From contig CAKOXT010000001.1 in NCBI GenBank assembly GCA_934130285.1, positions 435,232 to 499,231 on the forward strand: a stretch of 64,000 nucleotides of DNA. The letters run 5' to 3'. Under the pieces are notes generated by a model. That model was not told the origin of the DNA. It ran no database searches and saw only the letters and a list, made by a program, of their open reading frames with translations. The position numbers and the translations under genes are program-made. The stretch's first letter is position 1. Each line of letters begins with the position of its first letter. Shown piece by piece: positions 8,957-18,841 of this stretch. The stretch is from an uncultured Clostridia bacterium (GTDB taxonomy: Bacteria; Bacillota; Clostridia; TANB77; CAG-508).

Positions 8957-10099
8957 TTAATCTCCTAGGCAAATTCCTATATCTCTTGCTGTCTTTACTA
9001 AGTCGTGATCCATAGTAACTAATCTTACGTTACTATCTTCTGTTCCTCCTTGAACAGCTCCTAATTCTTTGTTGTTTCCAACAACTTCTTCTAGTGGAAC
9101 ATATGTTAGTTTTCCATTTTGAATTACGGTTAATACTCCAAATTTTTCTTCCATTGCAAGTTCCATTGCTTTTGCTCCGTATTTTGTTGAAAGAACTCTA
9201 TCATATGCTGTTGGTGTTCCACCTCTTTGCATATATCCTAACACTGTGCATCTTGCTTCAAGACCTGTTAGTTCTTGTAATTCTTTTGCTACTTTTGGTC
9301 CAATTCCACCGAATTTTATGCTTATTCCAGCTTGTGCATCTATGCCTTCAGCTGAATGAGTTTCATTTTCTCCATCTTTTGACATTGCACCTTCTGATAC
9401 TACTACTATACTAAAGTTTTTGCCTTTAGCTTGTCTACGTTTTATAGCTTCAGCTGCCTTGTTTATATCATATGGTATTTCTGGAATTAAAGCTACGTCT
9501 GCTCCTCCTGATATAGCTGATTCTAAAGCTATCCATCCTGCAAATCTTCCCATAACTTCTAATACCATTATTCTGTTGTGTGTTTCTGCTGTTGTATGAA
9601 GTCTATCTAAAGCTTCTGTTGCAACTGATACAGCTGTGTTATATCCAAATGTTACATCTGTACATGCTACATCGTTATCTATTGTTTTTGGTACACCAAT
9701 TGTGTTAATTCCTTTTAAAAATAAATCTCTAGCTGACTTTTGTGTACTATCTCCACCTAAAGTGAATACACAGTCAAATCCTGCGTCTTTTACATTTTGA
9801 ACACATCTGTCTGATAAATCTTCATATGTTACTGTTCCATCTTCGTGTTCTACTTTGTAATGGAATACTATTGCATTTGTTGAAGATCCTATTATTGATC
9901 CTCCTTTTGCTAAAATTCCTGATGCTTTTTCACTGCCATCTAATCTTATATAGTTATTTGTTACTAATCCTCTATATCCATCGATATATCCATAACATTC
10001 AATTCCGTTTGTTTCAGCTGTTCTTACTATTGCTCTTATTACAGCATTAAATCCTGAAACATCTCCTCCGTTAGCTAAAATGGCTACTTTCTTAATCAT
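8957..10099 (-). CDS. pfkA: 6-phosphofructokinase (PFK-A family; ATP or PPi dependence not resolvable)
   Basis: VAILANGGDVSGFNAVIRAIV and TLGGDST motifs. Size 380 aa. Confidence 0.8.
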   Translation of the reverse strand: MIKKVAILANGGDVSGFNAVIRAIVRTAETNGIECYGYIDGYRGLVTNNYIRLDGSEKASGILAKGGSIIGSSTNAIVFHYKVEHEDGTVTYEDLSDRCVQNVKDAGFDCVFTLGGDSTQKSARDLFLKGINTIGVPKTIDNDVACTDVTFGYNTAVSVATEALDRLHTTAETHNRIMVLEVMGRFAGWIALESAISGGADVALIPEIPYDINKAAEAIKRRQAKGKNFSIVVVSEGAMSKDGENETHSAEGIDAQAGISIKFGGIGPKVAKELQELTGLEARCTVLGYMQRGGTPTAYDRVLSTKYGAKAMELAMEEKFGVLTVIQNGKLTYVPLEEVVGNNKELGAVQGGTEDSNVRLVTMDHDLVKTARDIGICLGD

Positions 10100-10122
10100 C
10101 TTATTATTCCTCCCTTAATGAC

Positions 10123-10695
10123 TTATTTTTCTACAATTACATCATCTTTGTCTTCTGATTTTTTTGTTTTTATATATTTATAAAGAGTATATATTGCAAA
10201 TGGAATTTGACCAAAAATACCTATAATAATCAATGGTATATACAATAAAGGTAATAATATTATCAATACAAGTATTCTCATTGCTATACTTAACCATTTT
10301 TTTATATCTGGTGTTTTTTTCTGAATTATCCAACCTGTTAGTATAAAATACATCATTATTGCGATTATTGGTCCAGAATATGAAAGTGTAATTAATATAA
10401 TTTGTGCTATCTTAGGATATTTAACTATTGAATTATATGTTTCTTGAGTTTCTTGTATGCGTTGTAGAGCATCTTCCTTTGACTCATATAATTCTTGACC
10501 TGATCCCTTTAATTCTTCTAGTCTTTGAGCATATTCCTCACTTGGGATAGCTTGTAGAATTTCAACTGTTTCATCTATTTCAGTGGCTTTTTCTGAAATT
10601 ATTTTTTGTGATGCGTTTGCAATTATCGCTGCTACAATTAAAATTACTAACATTATGATTAATCTTTTTTTGTATTTTGTGGATTCTAAATTCAT
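10123..10695 (-). CDS. Hypothetical membrane protein
   Basis: N-terminal TM, a coiled-coil-like middle section and C-terminal TMs. No family recognised. Confidence 0.4.
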   Translation of the reverse strand: MNLESTKYKKRLIIMLVILIVAAIIANASQKIISEKATEIDETVEILQAIPSEEYAQRLEELKGSGQELYESKEDALQRIQETQETYNSIVKYPKIAQIILITLSYSGPIIAIMMYFILTGWIIQKKTPDIKKWLSIAMRILVLIILLPLLYIPLIIIGIFGQIPFAIYTLYKYIKTKKSEDKDDVIVEK

Positions 10696-10763
10696 ATTTT
10701 ACTACTCCTTATCCATTTTTCAACTATTAAATTATATTATATATAATTCCATTTTGCAATAAT

Positions 10764-11402
10764 TTATTTACTAGTTATATTAATATTTTTACCTTCTATT
10801 TGAAATTCTCTTTCTATAATATTTTGGATTTGTGCCACTTGTTCTTGAAGTAATACATCACTTCGTACAATTACACTTACACCACTATTATTTTTGAAAA
10901 TTACAACATTTTCGAACCCTTTCATTTTTATCAAACTTTCTGCTGTTTGAATTGTCTTTTTTTCATTTGTTATATTGGCAATTTCATTTTGGGCTATTGC
11001 TTTTTGATCACTTGATATATTTGTGTTTTCTAATATTTTTTCATATATTTCTACATTTTCTGAATATGTATTATCTCTTGCCATTCTTGCTTCTAAAAAG
11101 TAATCTGTTTCAGCACTTGTTTCAATTTCTTCTGATGGATTTTCTGTTGTAGTATCTGTTGTAGCATCTTCTTCAATTACATCATTACTGCTTACAAGAG
11201 TTGCTTCCCCTAATGATGATTCTGAATAATTTTGAATATCTGCTATTCTGCTATACTCTTTTTTTATAATTGGATTATAGCTAAAAAAACCTACTAACAT
11301 AAAAAATATAGCAAGTAATCCAAGCAAAACTTCTTTCTTTTTTATTATTGCTATTTTCTTCATATTTATCCTTTCCTGGAGATAATTGTAATTTATCTCC
11401 AT
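10764..11402 (-). CDS. spoIIIAH: Stage III sporulation protein AH
   Basis: N-terminal TM. The C-terminal region TDYFLEARMARDNTYSENVE...VVIFKNNSGVSVIVRSD aligns with the B. subtilis SpoIIIAH YscJ-like domain. It is the last gene of the spoIIIA operon. Confidence 0.75.
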   Translation of the reverse strand: MEINYNYLQERINMKKIAIIKKKEVLLGLLAIFFMLVGFFSYNPIIKKEYSRIADIQNYSESSLGEATLVSSNDVIEEDATTDTTTENPSEEIETSAETDYFLEARMARDNTYSENVEIYEKILENTNISSDQKAIAQNEIANITNEKKTIQTAESLIKMKGFENVVIFKNNSGVSVIVRSDVLLQEQVAQIQNIIEREFQIEGKNINITSK

Positions 11403-11415
11403 TATTTTATTTTTA

Positions 11416-11997
11416 TTATTTCATTTCAAACACTTGTATTTTATGTACTGCCAATCCTGTTGCAGCTTCAACAGCTTGAGTTATACTTTCTTTTACAGCT
11501 GTATTCTTTGCTCCCTTGGCAATAATGATTGCCCCTTCCATTTTAGGATAAACAATTTTTTCAGTAATTATTTCTTGATTACTATCTGATACTACTTCTT
11601 TTGTTGTATCATATGTTTCAGTATTTCTTTCTCCACCTTCTGTATCCTTTTCCTTTGTAGAACTTTGTGAAGAGCTTTCATTATATATAGGGACTATTTT
11701 TTCAGTTTCGCTATATGTAATCAAAACTTTGACATCATCTACGCCTTTTATTTTACCTAATATTTCTTCTAACTCTTTTTCTACATCTCTCTGTTTTGTT
11801 TTTTCTTCCGCTTCTTGTGTTCTAATATTATTACTAACATTTTGTTTTTCCTTACCTTTAAATATATTATTAATTGCATATAATGTTACTAATAACACAA
11901 TAATTGCAAATACTAAATTTTCTATTTTCTTTTTATTAGCCTTATCATCCTTTTTTACAAGTGCTGTTATCTTTTCTTTAATCATTAGATTTCTCAC
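11416..11997 (-). CDS. spoIIIAG: Stage III sporulation protein AG
   Basis: N-terminal TM. The C-terminal VKVLITYSETEKIVP...GAIIIAKGAKNTAVKESITQAVEAATGLAVHKIQVFEMK resembles the SpoIIIAG ring-forming domain. Its position in the operon fits. Confidence 0.7.
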   Translation of the reverse strand: MRNLMIKEKITALVKKDDKANKKKIENLVFAIIVLLVTLYAINNIFKGKEKQNVSNNIRTQEAEEKTKQRDVEKELEEILGKIKGVDDVKVLITYSETEKIVPIYNESSSQSSTKEKDTEGGERNTETYDTTKEVVSDSNQEIITEKIVYPKMEGAIIIAKGAKNTAVKESITQAVEAATGLAVHKIQVFEMK

Positions 11998-12547
11998 TTT
12001 CTGATATTGAAATTTTGTCTTTTTCTATTTCATAGTCTTTTTCAATATCTTCTACTAATTTTTTTATCTCATCTTGACTAATTTCTTCATTTGAATTTAT
12101 CTGAATTTTGTTAATAGAAATTCTCCCTTCTGCATTTTGCTTTTTTCTTTTTATTTGCATTTCTATTTTCTCTATTTCTAAATTATCATTTTTGTAGCTC
12201 ACTTCTGAATTTATTTTTATTAATTCATACTGTTTTTCATTTAAATATTGATTCAATTCTTCTTTTAATTTTATTTTATATGTACTTTCTATTTGTTTTT
12301 CATAATTTATTGTATTTTCATATTGAATTGCATTATTTGTGTTTTCGACGGCCACACTTTTAAATTCTAAACTGCTTATTTTATTGTTTATTAAAGGTGT
12401 TATAACTACATATAGTATAAATATTCCTAGTATGATTTTTATATATTTTTTATATGAACTTTGACTCGGCAAAATCATTTCAACGACAACAATTATTATT
12501 AACGCAACTATTAATTGTTCTGCCCATGATACTAAAAACTCAATCAT
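11978..12547 (-). CDS. spoIIIAF: Stage III sporulation protein AF
   Basis: Two N-terminal TMs and a soluble C-terminal domain. Operon position is between AE and AG. Confidence 0.6.
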   Translation of the reverse strand: MIEFLVSWAEQLIVALIIIVVVEMILPSQSSYKKYIKIILGIFILYVVITPLINNKISSLEFKSVAVENTNNAIQYENTINYEKQIESTYKIKLKEELNQYLNEKQYELIKINSEVSYKNDNLEIEKIEMQIKRKKQNAEGRISINKIQINSNEEISQDEIKKLVEDIEKDYEIEKDKISISESEKSND

Positions 12548-12559
12548 TTTTTCTCCTTA

Positions 12560-13699
12560 TTATGATGGAACTCCTAATTTCATCGTTATTGTAAATCCTA
12601 TTATTAGCATAATTACAACCGTTGTAATTGAGGCTAATAGGACTTTACAAGAATCTCCCATTTCTTCTAACACATAAACTATTTTCTCATCGGCTACTAT
12701 TTCAGCTAATCCACTTATTAAATATATAAATAATGTTGTTAGTCCTACTCGTATTAGTGGCACAGCTGCTATAAATATGGTTCCTATCACGCCTAATGTT
12801 CCTACTGCATTCTTTATAATATTAGTACAGCCAAGTACTGATTCTACTGTATCACCTAAAATTTTTCCTACAACTGGTACAAATGTTGATACTGCTGTTT
12901 TTGTAGTCTTACTTGTGAATTGGTCTACCCCTTGTCCAAGATTACTTTCCAAACTTAATACGCATGTAAATATTGTTAAAAATATACACAATATCCATAT
13001 TATTGTTGACTTCATATATTTTGATAATCTATTCATGTGGACTTCATCTGATATGTTTGAAATTATCCCAATAACTGTTGCTACTATTATTATTGGAATC
13101 AATATTTGATTAATAAATGTTGTAATAATATTTATTGATACTAATATTACTGATTGAATCCCTGTTGCAGCTGTAATATTACCGGTTGAAATACTTAAGC
13201 TTATAAATAATGGTAATAGCATATATGTAAAGCTTGATATTGTTTCAAGAGTCTCTTTAACTATTTGTAAAATATGTGTGTAAACTTCCATTAGTGCAGT
13301 AATTAAAATAATGATTTGAACAAAATGTCCTATCTTTCCAGTTTGATTATTTCCTAGATTTTCACTAATGTTTTTCATTAGCCCATAAATTATGATTATT
13401 AGTAATATTGATACTAACATTTTTAATGATTCTTTTAACTCTGTTCCTAAAATTTTTCCAACTGTATTTATTATTATATTCTGTGAAAGGTTTCCTTTAA
13501 GTGATTCTTCAAAAATTGTATTAAAATCTATATTATTTTTTGTATCTTTTTCTGCTTTATCTATAATTGAATTAATGTTCATATCTTGTATTTGACTTTG
13601 GATTAATTCCTCTTGCGTAGTTTGTTCAGTGGCGTAAATTACATTTGATACTGGTGCAAATATACAGTAAATTATTATTATTAAAAATTTTTTCTTCAT
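12560..13699 (-). CDS. spoIIIAE: Stage III sporulation protein AE
   Basis: About 380 aa, signal peptide plus multiple TMs. Operon position fits. Confidence 0.75.
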   Translation of the reverse strand: MKKKFLIIIIYCIFAPVSNVIYATEQTTQEELIQSQIQDMNINSIIDKAEKDTKNNIDFNTIFEESLKGNLSQNIIINTVGKILGTELKESLKMLVSILLIIIIYGLMKNISENLGNNQTGKIGHFVQIIILITALMEVYTHILQIVKETLETISSFTYMLLPLFISLSISTGNITAATGIQSVILVSINIITTFINQILIPIIIVATVIGIISNISDEVHMNRLSKYMKSTIIWILCIFLTIFTCVLSLESNLGQGVDQFTSKTTKTAVSTFVPVVGKILGDTVESVLGCTNIIKNAVGTLGVIGTIFIAAVPLIRVGLTTLFIYLISGLAEIVADEKIVYVLEEMGDSCKVLLASITTVVIMLIIGFTITMKLGVPS

Positions 13700-13715
13700 A
13701 TTTTTACCTCATACT

Positions 13716-14099
13716 TTATAAAAGGTTTAGTAAGGTTTCTAATAAAGACATTATAATTGGAACTGACATGCTTAAAATTAGTATTTTTCCTCCTAAATCA
13801 ATTTTAGAAGCAATTGCTGATTCTCCACTATCTTTACAAATTGATACCGCAAATTCTGTTAAGATCGATATTCCTGTAACTTTCAATAGTATATTAATAA
13901 AACTGCTACTAATATTTAATTTACCCGAAAGTATATGTATTAAATTTATAAATTCAGACAGCTTGTCTACTGCTAAAAAAAATATCACTATTCCTACTAT
14001 TATAGACACATATATTTTAAATTCTGGTTTATATTCTTTTAAAATTCCTGCAATTATTACTCCTGTTAAGCCTATCCCTATAATTTGAATTATTTCCAT
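13716..14099 (-). CDS. spoIIIAD: Stage III sporulation protein AD
   Basis: 127-aa polytopic membrane protein. Operon position fits. Confidence 0.7.
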   Translation of the reverse strand: MEIIQIIGIGLTGVIIAGILKEYKPEFKIYVSIIVGIVIFFLAVDKLSEFINLIHILSGKLNISSSFINILLKVTGISILTEFAVSICKDSGESAIASKIDLGGKILILSMSVPIIMSLLETLLNLL

Positions 14100-14111
14100 A
14101 AGCGCTACTTC

Positions 14112-14306
14112 CTATAAATTAAATAATGTTCTTACTGTAGTAAAAAGTTCACTTATTTCATTTATTACTATTGATAGTACAATTACTATACCTGCTAATG
14201 TTGTCATCATTGCTTGATCTTCTCTTCCCGCCCTTACTAAAACTTGATTTAGTACAGCAACAAGGATTCCTATTGCAGCTATTTTAAATAATAAATTTAT
14301 ATCCAT
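14112..14306 (-). CDS. spoIIIAC: Stage III sporulation protein AC
   Basis: 64-aa two-TM protein MDINLLFKIAAIGILVAVLNQVL...AGIVIVLSIV, SpoIIIAC-like. Confidence 0.75.
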   Translation of the reverse strand: MDINLLFKIAAIGILVAVLNQVLVRAGREDQAMMTTLAGIVIVLSIVINEISELFTTVRTLFNL

Positions 14307-14335
14307 ATTTGCACTTTCCTTTCTTACAGTATTGT

Positions 14336-14848
14336 TTAAATTAATATAATAACTAAACCAACTCCTAAAATTACACCAAGCTTTTTGTACATTGTTTCAT
14401 TTTTATCTTTATCAATCTTGGCTTTTTCTATTTGTCTTTCTAATAATTCATTAACAAAATTTATTTGATTAATCTGACCTTCTTTATTAGTTTTTCCAAG
14501 CAATATTCCAAATTCTTTTAATACTTTTTTGTCTTCTTTTTTCAAGCTAAGTTCTATGGTTTTTACTTGATTTTTCCATGCTTGTTCTGCACCTTGTTCT
14601 TTTATATTATCAGCAACATTTTTAAATAGTTCTGATATTGAATATGTAGAAATTTCCGCAATTTCAGTAAATATTTCTTCTAATGGTTCATATGTGTATT
14701 TGATTTTATTTTCTATTATTTTAAAATCGTTTTTTAGTTCGTCAAGTTCCTCTAGCCTATATCTATATTTTTGAGATAATAAAATTCCAATTTTAGCTGA
14801 ACATATAATTATCCCAATCGCTAAAATAATTTTCAAAATCATAAACAT
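14336..14848 (-). CDS. spoIIIAB: Stage III sporulation protein AB
   Basis: 170 aa with N- and C-terminal TMs. Operon position fits. Confidence 0.65.
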   Translation of the reverse strand: MFMILKIILAIGIIICSAKIGILLSQKYRYRLEELDELKNDFKIIENKIKYTYEPLEEIFTEIAEISTYSISELFKNVADNIKEQGAEQAWKNQVKTIELSLKKEDKKVLKEFGILLGKTNKEGQINQINFVNELLERQIEKAKIDKDKNETMYKKLGVILGVGLVIILI

Positions 14849-15760
14849 TCTCTTTTATATTCCTTTTTATTTTTATCTAAAAAGTACACTCCTTGTACTT
14901 TTTCTTTTTTATATTTGTCTAATATAATTATTTTTTCTATTATGTTGTATTTTAGTAGCTCTTGAAGCTCTGGATTAATTTTAATATCATTTAAGGAATT
15001 TCCATGAGCTGTTAATAAAGCTTTTGTTCCTGAACACATTGCGTAATATATCATTTTACTGTCTTCTATTCCTCCTATTTCGTCTACCGCTATTACTTCT
15101 GGCGCCATTGATCTTATTAATAATTTAATTCCTATTTTCTTTGGAATATTTGATATTACATCTGTTCTCAATCCTAAATCTGTTTGTTCGAATCCCTTGT
15201 ACATTGAAGCTAATTCATTTCTTTCATCAACCACACCTACATTTAGTCCTTTATTATATTTGTTTCCATCACTAATTTGTCTTATTAAGTCTCTTAGTAA
15301 TGTTGTTTTTCCAGTGCCGCGGACTACCTACTATTAAAGTATTTTGAAAATCGCCGTTTTCGTACAGCTCATGCAAAATAAAATCTCCGCAGCCTTTAAT
15401 TTCTCTGGCAATTCTGAAATTCATTCCAGATATGTATGAAATGTTGGTAATTTTTTCATCTTCATTTATTGCGTTTCCTACTACACCAACTCTATGTCCT
15501 CCAGCTAGTGTTATAAATCCTTGTGATATTTGTTTTTCATATGTATATATAGAATTTTCGGTGACTTTTTCTAAAGTTTCTAATAAGTCTTTGGCTGTAA
15601 CTTTGTAACTTAAAATCATTTCTTCATTATTAAATTTTAATATAATATTCTTATTTCCTCGAAGTCTGATTTCTTCTAAAGTATCAGCTTTTTCTTTTAT
15701 GATTTTTGTATTTAATAAATTATAAATATTTTTAGATAAATAATTAAAAACCTCTATCAT
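14839..15760 (-). pseudogene. spoIIIAA: Stage III sporulation protein AA (AAA+ ATPase) interrupted by a +1 frameshift in the Walker A motif; it could be a sequencing error or real decay
   Basis: The upstream ORF ends ...LIVGSPRHWKNNITKRLNKTN*. Shifting one nucleotide at ggtagtccgCggcactggaaaaacaaca gives GTGKTTLLRDLIRQISDGNKYNKGLNVGVVDERNEL, which joins the downstream ORF 14839..15234. The two ORFs in the track (15272..15760 and 14839..15234) are therefore one gene. Confidence 0.65.
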
Positions 15761-15941
15761 TTAATTACTCCTTTTCTTTAAGCTTGTACTATATAAATAT
15801 ATTCATGTTCTTTGAATTTAGAACCTATTTTTAGCAATTTTTTCTGGATTTTCTGATATGATTTTTCGACATATATATTGACGAAATTTGTAAAATGGAG
15901 TAAGATTTATTTGTATTTTTAAGGGGAAGTAAGGTGCCATT

Positions 15942-16379
15942 ATGTATAGTGAAAAAAAATTTAAAATAACAATTTTACTTACAAGAATAAGAAGATATCT
16001 TTTTATTTTCTTTTTTGTAATATTAGGATTAATTGGTGCATATGTTGTTTCAGAATTTTTAACAGAAATTGCCCGCGTATCTAGAGAAATTGCTAATACA
16101 GTTATGATTGTTACTGGTGTTTCTGTTTTTGCTATTGGATTTATTTTAACAAGCAATTTAGAATTTAAAATTCAGGAAGCATATTTAGAAATGAAAACTT
16201 TAAAGAAATTAAACTTGGTTTCTTTTAAATTAGATAAACTTTTAGAAAGCTCTGGTATCTCTATTTCAGATGAATTAGCTAAAGAACTTCAATCTGTAAA
16301 TGAAGAATTAACTATGAAAAAAACTAAAAGCAAAAGTTCTAAATTACCAAAAATAAAATTAAAATCAAAAAATTCATAA
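15942..16379 (+). CDS. Hypothetical membrane protein (145 aa)
   Basis: RBS aaggggaagtaaggtg lies upstream of the ATG. Two TMs are followed by a charged C-terminus. It is divergent from the spoIIIA promoter region. Confidence 0.45.
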   Translation: MYSEKKFKITILLTRIRRYLFIFFFVILGLIGAYVVSEFLTEIARVSREIANTVMIVTGVSVFAIGFILTSNLEFKIQEAYLEMKTLKKLNLVSFKLDKLLESSGISISDELAKELQSVNEELTMKKTKSKSSKLPKIKLKSKNS

Positions 16380-16384
16380 AAATA

Positions 16385-16415
16385 AAGAGCAGATTTAAAT
16401 ATCTGCTCTTTATTT
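16385..16415 (+). terminator. Bidirectional rho-independent terminator
   Basis: aaagagcagat-ttaaat-atctgctcttt followed by a T-run. Confidence 0.5.
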
Positions 16416-16424
16416 TTATTTACC

Positions 16425-17702
16425 CTAATTTGTTTTTATTGTTACTGATGTAATCAATCTTGATTTATATGTTGCTTTTATTTCATATGTTTTTGAACTA
16501 TCTAGTGAATCTGTTAATGCTACTAATTTTTCTTTATCTGTCCCATCTTCTTCTGTGTCATCAAATTTTACTGATATTACTTGACTTTCGTCTGTTGCTG
16601 ACTCATTAATTGATGTAATTGCTTCTATTAATGATTTAACATCTGTTGAGCTTTTTTCGCTTCCAACATATGCTTCAACTTTAGCATTTATTATTGCTTT
16701 TTCTTGTTCAGACAATTCTGTATTTGTTTCTTCTGAATTGCCACTAGACCTTGATTTTAATTCTTCAAATGATTTTAATTTATATCCATCATCTGTCTTA
16801 ATAAATGTATATTTATAATCTTTTATTTTATTTAGATCAACATACTGGGAAACTGTATCATAAACATATCCATCTGCATCTTCACTTGAATCTGTTCTCA
16901 AAGATTCTTCATAATCAGTATATGAGAATGCTGTTAATACACTATCATCTACAAAATCTTTTGTTTGAAAATCATATTCTGCAAATAATTGACATCCCAT
17001 TGCATTTATTTGCTCTGAGAAAAATGGATCAATAAATATTGGTTTTACATATACTTCTATTTTACTATTGTATTTTACTGCTTTTGTTATTATTTCTGTT
17101 ACTTCTGGTGGATTTGATTCTTCTACATCACTTTCTTGTACTTCATAATTAGCAGTGTTCTTGTTATATGTGTATCCTATTGTTTTATATTCATCTATAA
17201 AATTTGTATCACTATCGAACAAACTAAAATCTTTATATTCTACTACGCCATCTTTAAATATTTTTTGAGCATATTCATCGATTTTATCTTTAGATACTGA
17301 TTTTGTGCTACCTTCTTTATCCATATCTGAATTAGTAACTTGTGCCATTGCTAATTGTAATTTTAATTCATTTCTTATATTGTCATTATCTTGGTCGAAG
17401 CCACCTGATGCATAAACTGCGTACTTAGCAAATGTCTTTTTGTTTCCTGCTAATTTGTATGCATCTTTTATATCATTGTCACTATTTATTAAGTCCTCAG
17501 ATGTAATTTCTTCTCCTACTTCATCATCTACTGATGGCTCATTTTCTTCTTGTCCAGAGTTTGGAGAATTTGAAATTAATGGTTCATCTGACTTATTGTT
17601 CTTATTGCTACCTAATATAATTACACATGTTAATATTATAGCTACTAGTAGTGCAATAAAAATGACAAGTGCCACTAATGGTATTCCTTTTTTTCTTTTC
17701 AT
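16425..17702 (-). CDS. Hypothetical secreted or membrane-anchored protein (425 aa)
   Basis: N-terminal TM/signal (IPLVALVIFIALLVAIILTCVIIL) and an acidic Asp/Glu/Ser-rich extracellular domain. No family recognised. Confidence 0.45.
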   Translation of the reverse strand: MKRKKGIPLVALVIFIALLVAIILTCVIILGSNKNNKSDEPLISNSPNSGQEENEPSVDDEVGEEITSEDLINSDNDIKDAYKLAGNKKTFAKYAVYASGGFDQDNDNIRNELKLQLAMAQVTNSDMDKEGSTKSVSKDKIDEYAQKIFKDGVVEYKDFSLFDSDTNFIDEYKTIGYTYNKNTANYEVQESDVEESNPPEVTEIITKAVKYNSKIEVYVKPIFIDPFFSEQINAMGCQLFAEYDFQTKDFVDDSVLTAFSYTDYEESLRTDSSEDADGYVYDTVSQYVDLNKIKDYKYTFIKTDDGYKLKSFEELKSRSSGNSEETNTELSEQEKAIINAKVEAYVGSEKSSTDVKSLIEAITSINESATDESQVISVKFDDTEEDGTDKEKLVALTDSLDSSKTYEIKATYKSRLITSVTIKTN

Positions 17703-17818
17703 ATTTTTATCTCCTCTTTAGTAATTTATATTAATTATTAAATATAATTAAATCTATATTTAATATTTTATTTACGTTTTAAATTATATATTTTACAATT
17801 TGTTTTTTCAATATATTG

Positions 17819-18823
17819 TTAGCAATTTTTACATAATACTGTTTTTAATCCTATATCTAAGTCTATTTGTCCACTTTTAGACTTATAGTCTAAATCTATT
17901 AATTCTTTTAATATTTGTAATATTTCTTTTTCTTTAAAATATTCAGCCTGCTTTCTATACTTAGTTGTTAAAAACACTTGATTTGGCTTTAGTGATAATA
18001 CTTCCACCAAATCTCGTCTTTCTTTTAGAGCTAATTTGGTTAAGTATATTTTTCTAAAATGATTATATAATGTAATTATTATTTTTTGTAAAGGTTCTTT
18101 ATTATATATCAAATTATTTAGTACTTCTAATGCTTTTTCAGTATTTTTTGTTCCTAAATAATCTGTTAAATCAAATATTATTGCTTGAATTTCTTTTATA
18201 GTTAATTTGTCTATGTCTTCTTTTTGAATCTCACCATTTTCTCCAGCGTATTCAATAAGTTTTCTTATTTCATTAATTAAATCTTGCATACTTGTTCCAG
18301 CTGTTTCAATTAAATAATTCAAGTTTTGATCACTTATTTGTACTTTGTACATTGCACAAATTCGCTTTAATCTATTTTTTATTTCTATTGGTTTTAATTC
18401 TTTAGTTTCAATTATAACTGCATTTTTTTCTACTGTTTTATATAGATCCATTTTATGAACAGTTTCTTCAATAAAGACTATTACAACTGCTTCATTTATT
18501 ATATCCATATTCTCTGAAACATATTTTTTAAATTTCTCTTTCATTGGTGATTTGCAGTCTTTTTTGAATAAATTAGAATCCCTTATTATAATCAATTTTT
18601 TTTCATAACCAAATGCTGGGGTTTCTATGTCTGATATTAATGTATCTATATTATTCTCATCTAACAAAATATAATTTATTCCTAAACTTAGTTCTCCAAA
18701 TATTTTCTTTATTTTTCTTAAATATTCTTGTTGCAGATATTTTTCTTCTCCATAAAATACATATATTCCATGTAAATTTTGATTTTTCAAATCATTTTCT
18801 AAGTCTAATATATTGGTAGACAT
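17819..18823 (-). CDS. holA: DNA polymerase III subunit delta
   Basis: 334 aa with N-terminal GIYVFYGEEKYL, typical of HolA. Confidence 0.8.
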   Translation of the reverse strand: MSTNILDLENDLKNQNLHGIYVFYGEEKYLQQEYLRKIKKIFGELSLGINYILLDENNIDTLISDIETPAFGYEKKLIIIRDSNLFKKDCKSPMKEKFKKYVSENMDIINEAVVIVFIEETVHKMDLYKTVEKNAVIIETKELKPIEIKNRLKRICAMYKVQISDQNLNYLIETAGTSMQDLINEIRKLIEYAGENGEIQKEDIDKLTIKEIQAIIFDLTDYLGTKNTEKALEVLNNLIYNKEPLQKIIITLYNHFRKIYLTKLALKERRDLVEVLSLKPNQVFLTTKYRKQAEYFKEKEILQILKELIDLDYKSKSGQIDLDIGLKTVLCKNC

Positions 18824-18841
18824 TTGTTTCTCCCTTATAAA

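Noticed and set aside
5560-10050. Numerous plus-strand ORFs of 60–110 aa (e.g. 5768..6067, 6329..6637, 7616..7858, 7877..8182, 9094..9414, 9826..10050) antisense to the zinc-ribbon protein, argS and pfkA
   Set aside because: They are Leu/Phe/Ile-rich low-complexity translations, typical of the antisense strand of AT-rich coding DNA. They lack an RBS and overlap confidently assigned genes completely.
15818-16156. 112-aa minus-strand ORF in the spoIIIA / membrane-protein divergent region
   Set aside because: It overlaps the promoter region and the better-supported plus-strand gene 15942..16379, which has a clear RBS. The composition looks non-coding.
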